33,918 nt of DNA from Nemertoderma westbladi (taxonomy: Eukaryota; Animalia; Xenacoelomorpha). Position 1 is the stretch's first letter. The number at the start of each line of letters is the position of its first letter. The stretch is taken from contig JAUCBJ010000874.1 of the NCBI GenBank assembly GCA_032718475.1, positions 1-33,918 of the forward strand, in the 5' to 3' direction. Of this stretch, positions 15,501-28,660 are shown in pieces. Under the pieces are notes generated by a model. The model was not told the origin of the DNA and made no database searches. It was given only the letters and a program-made list of their open reading frames with translations. The position numbers and the translations under genes were made by a program.

Positions 15501-18500
15501 CCCCAACTATAACTATAGTGTAGCTGTAATAGCCCCAACTATAACTATACACTATAGTGTAGCTGTAATAGCCCCAACTATAACTATACACTATAGTGTA
15601 GCTGTAATAGCCCCAACTATAACTATACACTATAGTGTAGCTGTAATAGCCCCAACTATACACTATAGTGTAGCTGTAATAGCCCCAACTATAACTATAG
15701 TGTAGCTGTAATAGCCCCAACTATAACTATACACTATAGTGTAGCTGTAATAGCCCCAACTATAACTATAGTGTAGCTGTAATAGACCCAACTATAACTA
15801 TACACGATAGTGTAGATGTAATAGCCCCAACTATAACTATAGTGTAGCTGTAATAGCCCCAACTATACACTATAGTGTAGCTGTAATAGACCCAACTATA
15901 ACTATAGTGTAGCTGTAATAGCCCCAACTATAACTATAGTATAGCTGTAATAGCCCCAACTATAACTATAGTGTAGCTGTAATAGCCCCAACTATACACT
16001 ATAGTGTAGCTGTAATAGACCCAACTATAACTATAGTGTAGCTGTAATAGACCCAACTATAACTATAGTGTAGCTGTAATAGCCCCAACTATAACTATAC
16101 ACTATAGTGTAGCTGTAATAGCCCCAACTATAACTATACACTATAGTGTAGCTGTAATAGCCCCAACTATAACTATACACTATAGTGTAGCTGTAACACC
16201 CCCAACTATAACTATACACTATAGTGTAGCTGTAATAGCCCGAACTATAACTATACACTATAGTGTAGCTGTAATAGCCCCAACTATAACTATAGTGTAG
16301 CTGTAATAGCCCCAACTATAACTATACACTATAGTGTAGCTGTAATAGCCCCAACTATAACTATAGTGTAGCTGTAATAGCCCCAACTATAACTATACAC
16401 TATAGTGTAGCTGTAATAGCCCCAACTATAACTATAGTGTAGCTGTAATAGCCCCAACTAGAACTATAGTGTAGCTGTAATAGCCCCAACTATAACTATA
16501 GTGTAGCTGTAATAGCCCCAACTATAACTACAGTGTAGCTGTAATAGCCCCAACTATAACTATAGTGTAGCTGTAATAGACCCAACTATAACTATACACG
16601 ATAGTGTAGCTGTAATAGCCCCAACTATAACTATAGTGTAGCTGTAATAGCCCCAACTATAACTATAGTGTAGCTGTAATAGCCCCAACTATAACTATAC
16701 ACTATAATGTAGCTGTAATAGCCCCAACTATAACTATAGTGTAGCTGTAATAGCCCCAACTATACACTATAGTGTAGCTGTAATAGACCCAACTATAACT
16801 ATAGTGTAGCTGTAATAGCCCCAACTATAACTATAGTGTAGCTGTAATAGCCCCAACTTTAACTATACACTATAGTGTAGCTGTAATAGCCCCAACTATA
16901 ACTATAGTGTAGCAGTAATAGCCCCAACTATAACTATAGTGTAGCTGTAATAGCCCCAACTATAACTATAGTGTAGCTGTAATAGCCCCAACTATACACT
17001 ATAGTGTAGCTGTAATAGACCCAACTATAACTATAGTGTAGCTGTAATAGCCCCAACTATAACTATAGTGTAGCTGTAATAGCCCCAACTATAACTATAC
17101 ACTATAGTGTAGCTGTAATAGCCCCAACTATAACTATACACTATAGTGTAGCTGTAATAGCCCCAACTATAACTATACACTATAGTGTAGCTGTAATAGC
17201 CCCAACTATACACTATAGTGTAGCTGTAATAGCCCCAACTATAACTATAGTGTAGCTGTAATAGCCCCAACTATAACTATACACTATAGTGTAGCTGTAA
17301 TAGCCCCAACTATAACTATAGTGTAGCTGTAATAGACCCAACTATAACTATACACGATAGTGTAGATGTAATAGCCCCAACTATAACTATAGTGTAGCTG
17401 TAATAGCCCCAACTATACACTATAGTGTAGCTGTAATAGACCCAACTATAACTATAGTGTAGCTGTAATAGCCCCAACTATAACTATAGTATAGCTGTAA
17501 TAGCCCCAACTATAACTATAGTGTAGCTGTAATAGCCCCAACTATACACTATAGTGTAGCTGTAATAGACCCAACTATAACTATAGTGTAGCTGTAATAG
17601 ACCCAACTATAACTATAGTGTAGCTGTAATAGCCCCAACTATAACTATACACTATAGTGTAGCTGTAATAGCCCCAACTATAACTATACACTATAGTGTA
17701 GCTGTAATAGCCCCAACTATAACTATACACTATAGTGTAGCTGTAACACCCCCAACTATAACTATACACTATAGTGTAGCTGTAATAGCCCGAACTATAA
17801 CTATACACTATAGTGTAGCTGTAATAGCCCCAACTATAACTATAGTGTAGCTGTAATAGCCCCAACTATAACTATACAGTATAGTGTAGCTGTAATAGCC
17901 CCAACTATAACTATAGTGTAGCTGTAATAGCCCCAACTATAATTATACACTATAGTGTAGCTGTAATAGCCCCAACTATAACTATACACTATAGTGTAGC
18001 TGTAATAGCCCCAACTATAACTATATACTATATTGTAGCTGTAATAGCCCCAACTATAACTATACACTATAGTGTAGCTGTAATAGCCCCAACTATAACT
18101 ATAGTGTAGCTGTAATAGACCCAACTATAACTATAGTGTAGCTGTAATAGCCCCAACTATAACTATAGTGTAGCTGTAATAGACCCAACTATAACTATAT
18201 ACTATAGTGTAGCTGTAATAGCCCCAACTATAACTATACACTATAGTGTAGCTGTAATAGCCCCAACTATAACTATAGTGTAGCTGTAATAGCCCCAACT
18301 ATAACTATACACAATAGTGTAGCTGTAATAGCCCCAACTATAACTATACACTATAGTGTAGCTGTAATAGCCCCAACTATACACTATAGTGTAGCTGTAA
18401 TAGCCCCAACTATAACTATAGTGTAGCTGTAATAGCCCCAACTATAACTATACACTATAGTGTAGCTGTAATAGCCCCAACTATAACTATAGTGTAGCTG

Positions 18501-21130
18501 TAATAGACCCAACTATAACTATACACGATAGTGTAGATGTAATAGCCCCAACTATAACTATAGTGTAGCTGTAATAGCCCCAACTATACACTATAGTGTA
18601 GCTGTAATAGACCCAACTATAACTATAGTGTAGCTGTAATAGCCCCAACTATAACTATAGTATAGCTGTAATAGCCCCAACTATAACTATAGTGTAGCTG
18701 TAATAGCCCCAACTATACACTATAGTGTAGCTGTAATAGACCCAACTATAACTATAGTGTAGCTGTAATAGACCCAACTATAACTATAGTGTAGCTGTAA
18801 TAGCCCCAACTATAACTATACACTATAGTGTAGCTGTAATAGCCCCAACTATAACTATACACTATAGTGTAGCTGTAATAGCCCCAACTATAACTATACA
18901 CTATAGTGTAGCTGTAATAGCCCCAACTATAACTATACACTATAGTGTAGCTGTAATAGCCCGAACTATAACTATACACTATAGTGTAGCTGTAATAGCC
19001 CCAACTATAACTATAGTGTAGCTGTAATAGCCCCAACTATAACTATACACTATAGTGTAGCTGTAATAGCCCCAACTATAACTATAGTGTAGCTGTAATA
19101 GCCCCAACTATAATTATACACTATAGTGTAGCTGTAATAGCCCCAACTATAACTATACACTATAGTGTAGCTGTAATAGCCCCAACTATAACTATATACT
19201 ATATTGTAGCTGTAATAGCCCCAACTATAACTATACACTATAGTGTAGCTGTAATAGCCCCAACTATAACTATAGTGTAGCTGTAATAGACCCAACTATA
19301 ACTATAGTGTAGCTGTAATAGCCCCAACTATAACTATAGTGTAGCTGTAATAGACCCAACTATAACTATATACTATAGTGTAGCTGTAATAGCCCCAACT
19401 ATAACTATACACTATAGTGTAGCTGTAATAGCCCCAACTATAACTATAGTGTAGCTGTAATAGACCCAACTATAACTATAGTGTAGCTGTAATAGACCCA
19501 ACTATAACTATACACTATAGTGTAGCTGTAATAGCCCCAACTATAACTATACACTATAGTGTAGCTGTAATAGCCCCAACTATAACTATAGTGTAGCTGT
19601 AATAGCCCCAACTATAACTATAGTGTAGCTGTAATAGCCCCAACTATAACTATACACTATAGTGTAGCTGTAATAGCCCCAACTATAACTATACACTATA
19701 GTGTAGCTGTAATAGCCCCAACTATAACTATACACTATAGTGTAGCTGTAATAGCCCCAACTATAACTATAGTGTAGCTGTAATAGACCCAACTATAACT
19801 ATAGTGTAGCTGTAATAGACCCAACTATAACTATATACACTATAGTGTAGCTGTAATAGCCCCAACTGTAACTATACACTATAGTGTAGCTGTAATAGCC
19901 CCAACTATAACTATAGTGTAGCTGTAATAGCCCCAACTATAACTATACACTATAGTGTAGCTGTAATAGCCCCAACTGTAACTATACACTATAGTGTAGC
20001 TGTAATAGCCCCAACTATAACTATACACTATAGTGTAGCTGTAATAGCCCCAACTATACACTATAGTGTAGCTGTAATAGCCCCAACTATAACTATACAC
20101 TATAGTGTAGCTGTAATAGCCCCAACTAAAACTATACACTATAGTCTAGCTGTAATAGCCCCAACTATAACTATACACTATAGTCTAGCTGTAATAGCCC
20201 CAACTATAACTATACACTATAGTGTAGCTGTAATAGCCCCAACTATAACTATAGTGTAGTTGTAATAGACCCAACTATAACTATACACTATAGTGTAGCT
20301 GTAATAGCCCCAACTATAACTATACACTATAGTGTAGCTGTAATAGCCCCAACTATAACTATACACTATAGTGTAGCTGTAATAGCCCAACTATAACTAT
20401 ACACTATAGTGTAGCTGTAATAGCCCCAACTGTAACTATACACTATAGTGTAGCTGTAATAGCCCCAACTATAACTATACACTATAGTGTAGCTGTAATA
20501 GCCCCAACTTTAACTATACACTATAGTGTAGCTGTAATAGCCCCAACTATAACTATACACTATAGTGTAGCTGTAATAGCCCCAACTATAACTATAGTGT
20601 AGCTGTAATAGCCCCAACTATAACTATACACTATAGTGTAGCTGTAATAGCCCCAACTATAACTATAGTGTAGCTGTAATAGCCCCAACTATAACTATAG
20701 TGTAGCTGTAATAGCCCCAACTATAACTATAGTGTAGCTGTAATAGCCCCAACTATAACTACAGTGTAGCTGTAATAGCCCCAACTATAACTATAGTGTA
20801 GCTGTAATAGACCCAACTATAACTATACACGATAGTGTAGCTGTAATAGCCCCAACTATAACTATAGTGTAGCTGTAATAGCCCCAACTATAACTATAGT
20901 GTAGCTGTAATAGCCCCAACTATAACTATACACTATAATGTAGCTGTAATAGCCCCAACTATAACTATAGTGTAGCTGTAATAGCCCCAACTATACACTA
21001 TAGTGTAGCTGTAATAGACCCAACTATAACTATAGTGTAGCTGTAATAGCCCCAACTATAACTATAGTGTAGCTGTAATAGCCCCAACTTTAACTATACA
21101 CTATAGTGTAGCTGTAATAGCCCCAACTAT
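12560..21130. repeat. Dispersed block duplication, offset 5781 bp (~12560-15350 and ~18340-21130); part recurs a further 5638 bp downstream
   Basis: GTAGATGT 12756/18537, CCCGAA 13182/18963, ACTACAG 14981/20762. ORF triplets 13269/19050/24688, 13805/19586/25224 and 14098/19879/25517. Confidence 0.85.
14770..17870. repeat. Tandem block duplication, period 1550 bp
   Basis: ACTACAG 14981/16531, TAACACC ~16196/17746, CCCGAA 16242/17792. ORF pairs 15481/17031 and 16031/17581. Confidence 0.9.
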
Positions 21131-21999
21131 AACTATAGTGTAGCTGTAATAGACCCAACTATAACTATACACGATAGTGTAGCTGTAATAGCCCCAACTA
21201 TAACTATAGTGTAGCTGTAATAGCCCCAACTATAACTATAGTGTAGCTGTAATAGCCCCAACTATAACTATACACTATAATGTAGCTGTAATAGCCCCAA
21301 CTATAACTATAGTGTAGCTGTAATAGCCCCAACTATACACTATAGTGTAGCTGTAATAGACCCAACTATAACTATAGTGTAGCTGTAATAGCCCCAACTA
21401 TAACTATAGTGTAGCTGTAATAGCCCCAACTATAACTATACACTATAGTGTAGCTGTAATAGCCCCAACTATAACTATACACTATAGTGTAGCTGTAATA
21501 GCCCCAACTATAACTATACACTATAGTGTAGCTGTAATAGCCCGAACTATAACTATACACTATAGTGTAGCTGTAATAGCCCCAACTATAACTATAGTGT
21601 AGCTGTAATAGCCCCAACTATAACTATACACTATAGTGTAGCTGTAATAGCCCCAACTATAACTATAGTGTAGCTGTAATAGCCCCAACTATAATTATAC
21701 ACTATAGTGTAGCTGTAATAGCCCCAACTATAACTATACACTATAGTGTAGCTGTAATAGCCCCAACTATAACTATATAATATATTGTAGCTGTAATAGC
21801 CCCAACTATAACTATACACTATAGTGTAGCTGTAATAGCCCCAACTATAACTATAGTGTAGCTGTAATAGACCCAACTATAACTATAGTGTAGCTGTAAT
21901 AGCCCCAACTATAACTATAGTGTAGCTGTAATAGACCCAACCATAACTATATACTATAGTGTAGCTGTAATAGCCCCAACTATAACTATACACTATAGT

Positions 22000-24900
22000 G
22001 TAGCTGTAATAGCCCCAACTATACACTATAGTGTAGCTGTAATAGACCCAACTATAACTATAGTGTAGCTGTAATAGCCCCAACTATAACTATAGTGTAG
22101 CTGTAATAGCCCCAACTTTAACTATACACTATAGTGTAGCTGTAATAGCCCCAACTATAACTATAGTGTAGCAGTAATAGCCCCAACTATAACTATAGTG
22201 TAGCTGTAATAGCCCCAACTATAACTATAGTGTAGCTGTAATAGCCCCAACTATACACTATAGTGTAGCTGTAATAGACCCAACTATAACTATAGTGTAG
22301 CTGTAATAGCCCCAACTATAACTATAGTGTAGCTGTAATAGCCCCAACTATAACTATACACTATAGTGTAGCTGTAATAGCCCCAACTATAACTATACAC
22401 TATAGTGTAGCTGTAATAGCCCCAACTATAACTATACACTATAGTGTAGCTGTAATAGCCCCAACTATACACTATAGTGTAGCTGTAATAGCCCCAACTA
22501 TAACTATAGTGTAGCTGTAATAGCCCCAACTATAACTATACACTATAGTGTAGCTGTAATAGCCCCAACTATAACTATAGTGTAGCTGTAATAGACCCAA
22601 CTATAACTATACACGATAGTGTAGATGTAATAGCCCCAACTATAACTATAGTGTAGCTGTAATAGCCGCAACTATACACTATAGTGTAGCTGTAATAGAC
22701 CCAACTATAACTATAGTGTAGCTGTAATAGCCCCAACTATAACTATAGTATAGCTGTAATAGCCCCAACTATAACTATAGTGTAGCTGTAATAGCCCCAA
22801 CTATACACTATAGTGTAGCTGTAATAGACCCAACTATAACTATAGTGTAGCTGTAATAGACCCAACTATAACTATAGTGTAGCTGTAATAGCCCCAACTA
22901 TAACTATACACTATAGTGTAGCTGTAATAGCCCCAACTATAACTATACACTATAGTGTAGCTGTAATAGCCCCAACTATAACTATACACTATAGTGTAGC
23001 TGTAACACCCCCAACTATAACTATACACTATAGTGTAGCTGTAATAGCCCGAACTATAACTATACACTATAGTGTAGCTGTAATAGCCCCAACTATAACT
23101 ATAGTGTAGCTGTAATAGCCCCAACTATAACTATACACTATAGTGTAGCTGTAATAGCCCCAACTATAACTATAGTGTAGCTGTAATAGCCCCAACTATA
23201 ACTATACACTATAGTGTAGCTGTAATAGCCCCAACTATAACTATAGTGTAGCTGTAATAGCCCCAACTAGAACTATAGTGTAGCTGTAATAGCCCCAACT
23301 ATAACTATAGTGTAGCTGTAATAGCCCCAACTATAACTACAGTGTAGCTGTAATAGCCCCAACTATAACTATAGTGTAGCTGTAATAGACCCAACTATAA
23401 CTATACACGATAGTGTAGCTGTAATAGCCCCAACTATAACTATAGTGTAGCTGTAATAGCCCCAACTATAACTATAGTGTAGCTGTAATAGCCCCAACTA
23501 TAACTATACACTATAATGTAGCTGTAATAGCCCCAACTATAACTATAGTGTAGCTGTAATAGCCCCAACTATACACTATAGTGTAGCTGTAATAGACCCA
23601 ACTATAACTATAGTGTAGCTGTAATAGCCCCAACTATAACTATAGTGTAGCTGTAATAGCCCCAACTTTAACTATACACTATAGTGTAGCTGTAATAGCC
23701 CCAACTATAACTATAGTGTAGCAGTAATAGCCCCAACTATAACTATAGTGTAGCTGTAATAGCCCCAACTATAACTATAGTGTAGCTGTAATAGCCCCAA
23801 CTATACACTATAGTGTAGCTGTAATAGACCCAACTATAACTATAGTGTAGCTGTAATAGCCCCAACTATAACTATAGTGTAGCTGTAATAGCCCCAACTA
23901 TAACTATACACTATAGTGTAGCTGTAATAGCCCCAACTATAACTATACACTATAGTGTAGCTGTAATAGCCCCAACTATAACTATACACTATAGTGTAGC
24001 TGTAATAGCCCCAACTATACACTATAGTGTAGCTGTAATAGCCCCAACTATAACTATAGTGTAGCTGTAATAGCCCCAACTATAACTATACACTATAGTG
24101 TAGCTGTAATAGCCCCAACTATAACTATAGTGTAGCTGTAATAGACCCAACTATAACTATACACGATAGTGTAGATGTAATAGCCCCAACTATAACTATA
24201 GTGTAGCTGTAATAGCCCCAACTATACACTATAGTGTAGCTGTAATAGACCCAACTATAACTATAGTGTAGCTGTAATAGCCCCAACTATAACTATAGTA
24301 TAGCTGTAATAGCCCCAACTATAACTATAGTGTAGCTGTAATAGCCCCAACTATACACTATAGTGTAGCTGTAATAGACCCAACTATAACTATAGTGTAG
24401 CTGTAATAGACCCAACTATAACTATAGTGTAGCTGTAATAGCCCCAACTATAACTATACACTATAGTGTAGCTGTAATAGCCCCAACTATAACTATACAC
24501 TATAGTGTAGCTGTAATAGCCCCAACTATAACTATACACTATAGTGTAGCTGTAACACCCCCAACTATAACTATACACTATAGTGTAGCTGTAATAGCCC
24601 GAACTATAACTATACACTATAGTGTAGCTGTAATAGCCCCAACTATAACTATAGTGTAGCTGTAATAGCCCCAACTATAACTATACACTATAGTGTAGCT
24701 GTAATAGCCCCAACTATAACTATAGTGTAGCTGTAATAGCCCCAACTATAATTATACACTATAGTGTAGCTGTAATAGCCCCAACTATAACTATACACTA
24801 TAGTGTAGCTGTAATAGCCCCAACTATAACTATATACTATATTGTAGCTGTAATAGCCCCAACTATAACTATACACTATAGTGTAGCTGTAATAGCCCCA

Positions 24901-25100
24901 ACTATAACTATAGTGTAGCTGTAATAGACCCAACTATAACTATAGTGTAGCTGTAATAGCCCCAACTATAACTATAGTGTAGCTGTAATAGACCCAACTA
25001 TAACTATATACTATAGTGTAGCTGTAATAGCCCCAAATATAACTATACACTATAGTGTAGCTGTAATAGCCCCAACTATAACTATAGTGTAGCTGTAATA
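22000..25100. repeat. Copy of ~15190-18290 (offset 6809 bp), including the internal 1550-bp duplication
   Basis: The private variant AACTAGAAC was seen only at 16461 and 23270. TAACACC occurs at ~23005/24555 and CCCGAA at 23051/24601. ORFs 22290, 22840, 23840 and 24390 equal 15481, 16031, 17031 and 17581 plus 6809. Confidence 0.9.
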
Positions 25101-25609
25101 GACCCAACTATAACTATAGTGTAGCTGTAATAGACCCAACTATAACTATACACTATAGTGTAGCTGTAATAGCCCCAACTATAACTATACACTATAGTGT
25201 AGCTGTAATAGCCCCAACTATAACTATAGTGTAGCTGTAATAGCCCCAACTATAACTATAGTGTAGCTGTAATAGCCCCAACTATAACTATACACTATAG
25301 TGTAGCTGTAATAGCCCCAACTATAACTATACACTATAGTGTAGCTGTAATAGCCCCAACTATAACTATACACTATAGTGTAGCTGTAATAGCCCCAACT
25401 ATAACTATAGTGTAGCTGTAATAGACCCAACTATAACTATAGTGTAGCTGTAATAGACCCAACTATAACTATATACACTATAGTGTAGCTGTAATAGCCC
25501 CAACTGTAACTATACACTATAGTGTAGCTGTAATAGCCCCAACTATAACTATAGTGTAGCTGTAATAGCCCCAACTATAACTATACACTATAGTGTAGCT
25601 GTAATAGCC

Positions 25610-26610
25610 CCAACTGTAACTATACACTATAGTGTAGCTGTAATAGCCCCAACTATAACTATACACTATAGTGTAGCTGTAATAGCCCCAACTATACACT
25701 ATAGTGTAGCTGTAATAGCCCCAACTATAACTATACACTATAGTGTAGCTGTAATAGCCCCAACTAAAACTATACACTATAGTCTAGCTGTAATAGCCCC
25801 AACTATAACTATACACTATAGTCTAGCTGTAATAGCCCCAACTATAACTATACACTATAGTGTAGCTGTAATAGCCCCAACTATAACTATAGTGTAGTTG
25901 TAATAGACCCAACTATAACTATACACTATAGTGTAGCTGTAATAGCCCCAACTATAACTATACACTATAGTGTAGCTGTAATAGCCCCAACTATAACTAT
26001 ACACTATAGTGTAGCTGTAATAGCCCCAACTATAACTATACACTATAGTGTAGCTGTAATAGCCCCAATTGTAACTATACACTATAGTGTAGCTGTAATA
26101 GCCCCAACTATAACTATACACTATAGTGTAGCTGTAATAGCCCCAACTATACACTATAGTGTAGCTGTAATAGCCCCAACTATAACTATACACTATAGTG
26201 TAGCTGTAATAGCCCCAACTATAACTATACACTATAGTCTAGCTGTAATAGCCCCAACTATAACTATACACTATAGTGTAGCTGTAATAGCCCCAACTAT
26301 ACACTATAGTGTAGCTGTAATAGCCCCAACTATAACTATACACTATAGTGTAGCTGTAATAGCCCCAACTATAACTATAGTGTAGCTGTAATAGCCCCAA
26401 CTATAACTTTAGTGTAGCTGTAATAGTCCCAACTATAACTATAGTGTAGCTGTAATAGTCCCAACTATAACTATAGTGTAGCTGTAATAGCCCCAACTAT
26501 AACTATACATTATAGTGTAGCTGTAATAGCCCCAACTATAACTATACACTATAGTGTAGCTGTAATAGCCCCAACTATAACTATACACTATAGTGTAGCT
26601 GTAATAGCCC
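25610..26610. repeat. Copy of ~9590-10590 (offset 16020 bp)
   Basis: AACTAAAAC ~9746/25766, AGTCTAG 9764/25784, ACTTTAGTG ~10388/26408, paired GTCCC 10406,10438/26426,26458. Confidence 0.85.
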
Positions 26611-26709
26611 CAACTATAACTATAGTGTAGCTGTAATAGACCCAACTATAACTAACACTATAGTGTAGCTGTAATAGCCCCAACTATAACTATACACTAT
26701 AGTGTAGCT

Positions 26710-27240
26710 GTAATAGCCCCAACTATAACTATACACGATAGTGTAGCTGTAATAGCCCCAACTATAACTATAGTGTAGCTGTAATAGCCCCAACTATAAC
26801 TAAACACTATAGTGTAGCTGTAATAGCCCCAACTATAACTATAGTGTAGCTGTAATAGCCCCAACTATAACTATAGTGTAGCTGTAATAGCCCCAACTTT
26901 AACTATACACTATAGTGTAGCTGTAATAGCCCCAACTATAACTATACACGATAGTGTAGCTGTAATAGCCCCAACTATAACTATAGTGTAGCTGTAATAG
27001 CCCCAACTATAACTAAACACTATAGTGTAGCTGTAATAGCCCCAACTATAACTATAGTGTAGCTGTAATAGCCCCAACTATAACTATAGTGTAGCTGTAA
27101 TAGCCCCAACTTTAACTATACACTATAGTGAACCTGTAATAGCCCCAACTATAACTATACACGATAGTGTAGCTGTAATAGCCCCAACTATAACTATAGT
27201 GTAGCTGTAATAGCCCCAACTATAACTAACACTATAGTGT
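26710..27240. repeat. 213-bp six-monomer higher-order repeat, ~2.5 copies
   Basis: CACGAT at 26737/26950/27163, TAAACAC at 26801/27014, CCCCAACTTT at 26891/27104. 213 = 3x39 + 3x32. Confidence 0.8.
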
Positions 27241-28268
27241 ATCTGTAATAGCCCCAACTATAACTATACACTATAGTGTAGCTGTAATAGCCCCAACTAT
27301 AACTATACACTATAGTGTAGCTGTAATAGCCCCAACTATAACTATACACTATAGTCTAGCTGTAATAGCCCCAACTATAACTATACACTATAGTGTAGCT
27401 GTAATAGCCCCAACTATAACTATAGTGTAGCTGTAATAGCCCCAACTATAACTATAGTGTAGCTGTAATAGCCCCAACTATAACTATACACTATAGTGTA
27501 GCTGTAATAGCCCCAACTATAACTATACACTATAGTGTAGCTGTAATAGCCCCAACTATAACTATACACTATAGTGTAGCTGTAATAGCCCCAACTATAC
27601 ACTATAGTGTAGCTGTAATAGCCCCAACTATAACTATACACTATAGTGTAGCTGTAATAGCCCCAACTATAACTATACACTATAGTGTAGCTGTAATAGC
27701 CCCAACTATAACTATACACTATAGTGTAGCTGTAATAGCCCCAACTATAACTATACACTATAGTGTAGCTGTAATAGCCCCAACTATAACTATAGTGTAG
27801 CTGTAATAGACCCAACTATAACTAACACTATAGTGTAGCTGTAATAGCCCCAACTATAACTATAGTGTAGCTGTAATAGCCCCAACTATAACTATAGTGT
27901 AGCTGTAATAGCCTCAACTTTAACTATACACTATAGTGTAGCTGTAATAGCCCCAACTATAACTATACACGATAGTGTAGCTGTAATAGCCCCAACTATA
28001 ACTATAGTGTAGCTGTAATAGCCCCAACTATAACTAACACTATAGTGTAGCTGTAATAGCCCCAACTATAACTATACACTATAGTGTAGCTGTAATAGCC
28101 CCAACTATAACTATAGTGTAGCTGTAATAGCCCCAACTATAACTATAGTGTAGCTGTAATAGCCCCAACTATAACTAACACTATAGTGTAGCTGTAATAG
28201 CCCCAACAATAACTATACACTATAGTGTAGCTGTAATAGCCCCAACTATAACTATAGTGTAACTGTAA

Positions 28269-28660
28269 TAGCCCCAACTATAACTATAGTGTAGCTGTAA
28301 TAGACCCAACTATAACTATAGTGTAGCTGTAATAGCCCCAACTATAACTATAGTGTAGCTGTAATAGACCCAACTATAACTATAGTGTAGCTGTAATAGC
28401 CCCAACTATAACTATAGTGTAGCTGTAATAGACCCAACTATAACTATAGTGTAGCTGTAATAGCCCCAACTATAACTATAGTGTAGCTGTAATAGACCCA
28501 ACTATAACTATAGTGTAGCTGTAATAGCCCCAACTATAACTATAGTGTAGCTGTAATAGACCCAACTATAACTATAGTGTAGCTGTAATAGCCCCAACTA
28601 TAACTATAGTGTAGCTGTAATAGACCCAACTATAACTATAGTGTAGCTGTAATAGCCCCA
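28269..28660. repeat. 64-bp dimeric higher-order repeat (alternating GCCCC / GACCC 32-mers), ~6 copies
   Basis: TAGACCC at 28301, 28365, 28429, 28493, 28557 and 28621, alternating strictly with TAGCCCC monomers. Confidence 0.9.
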
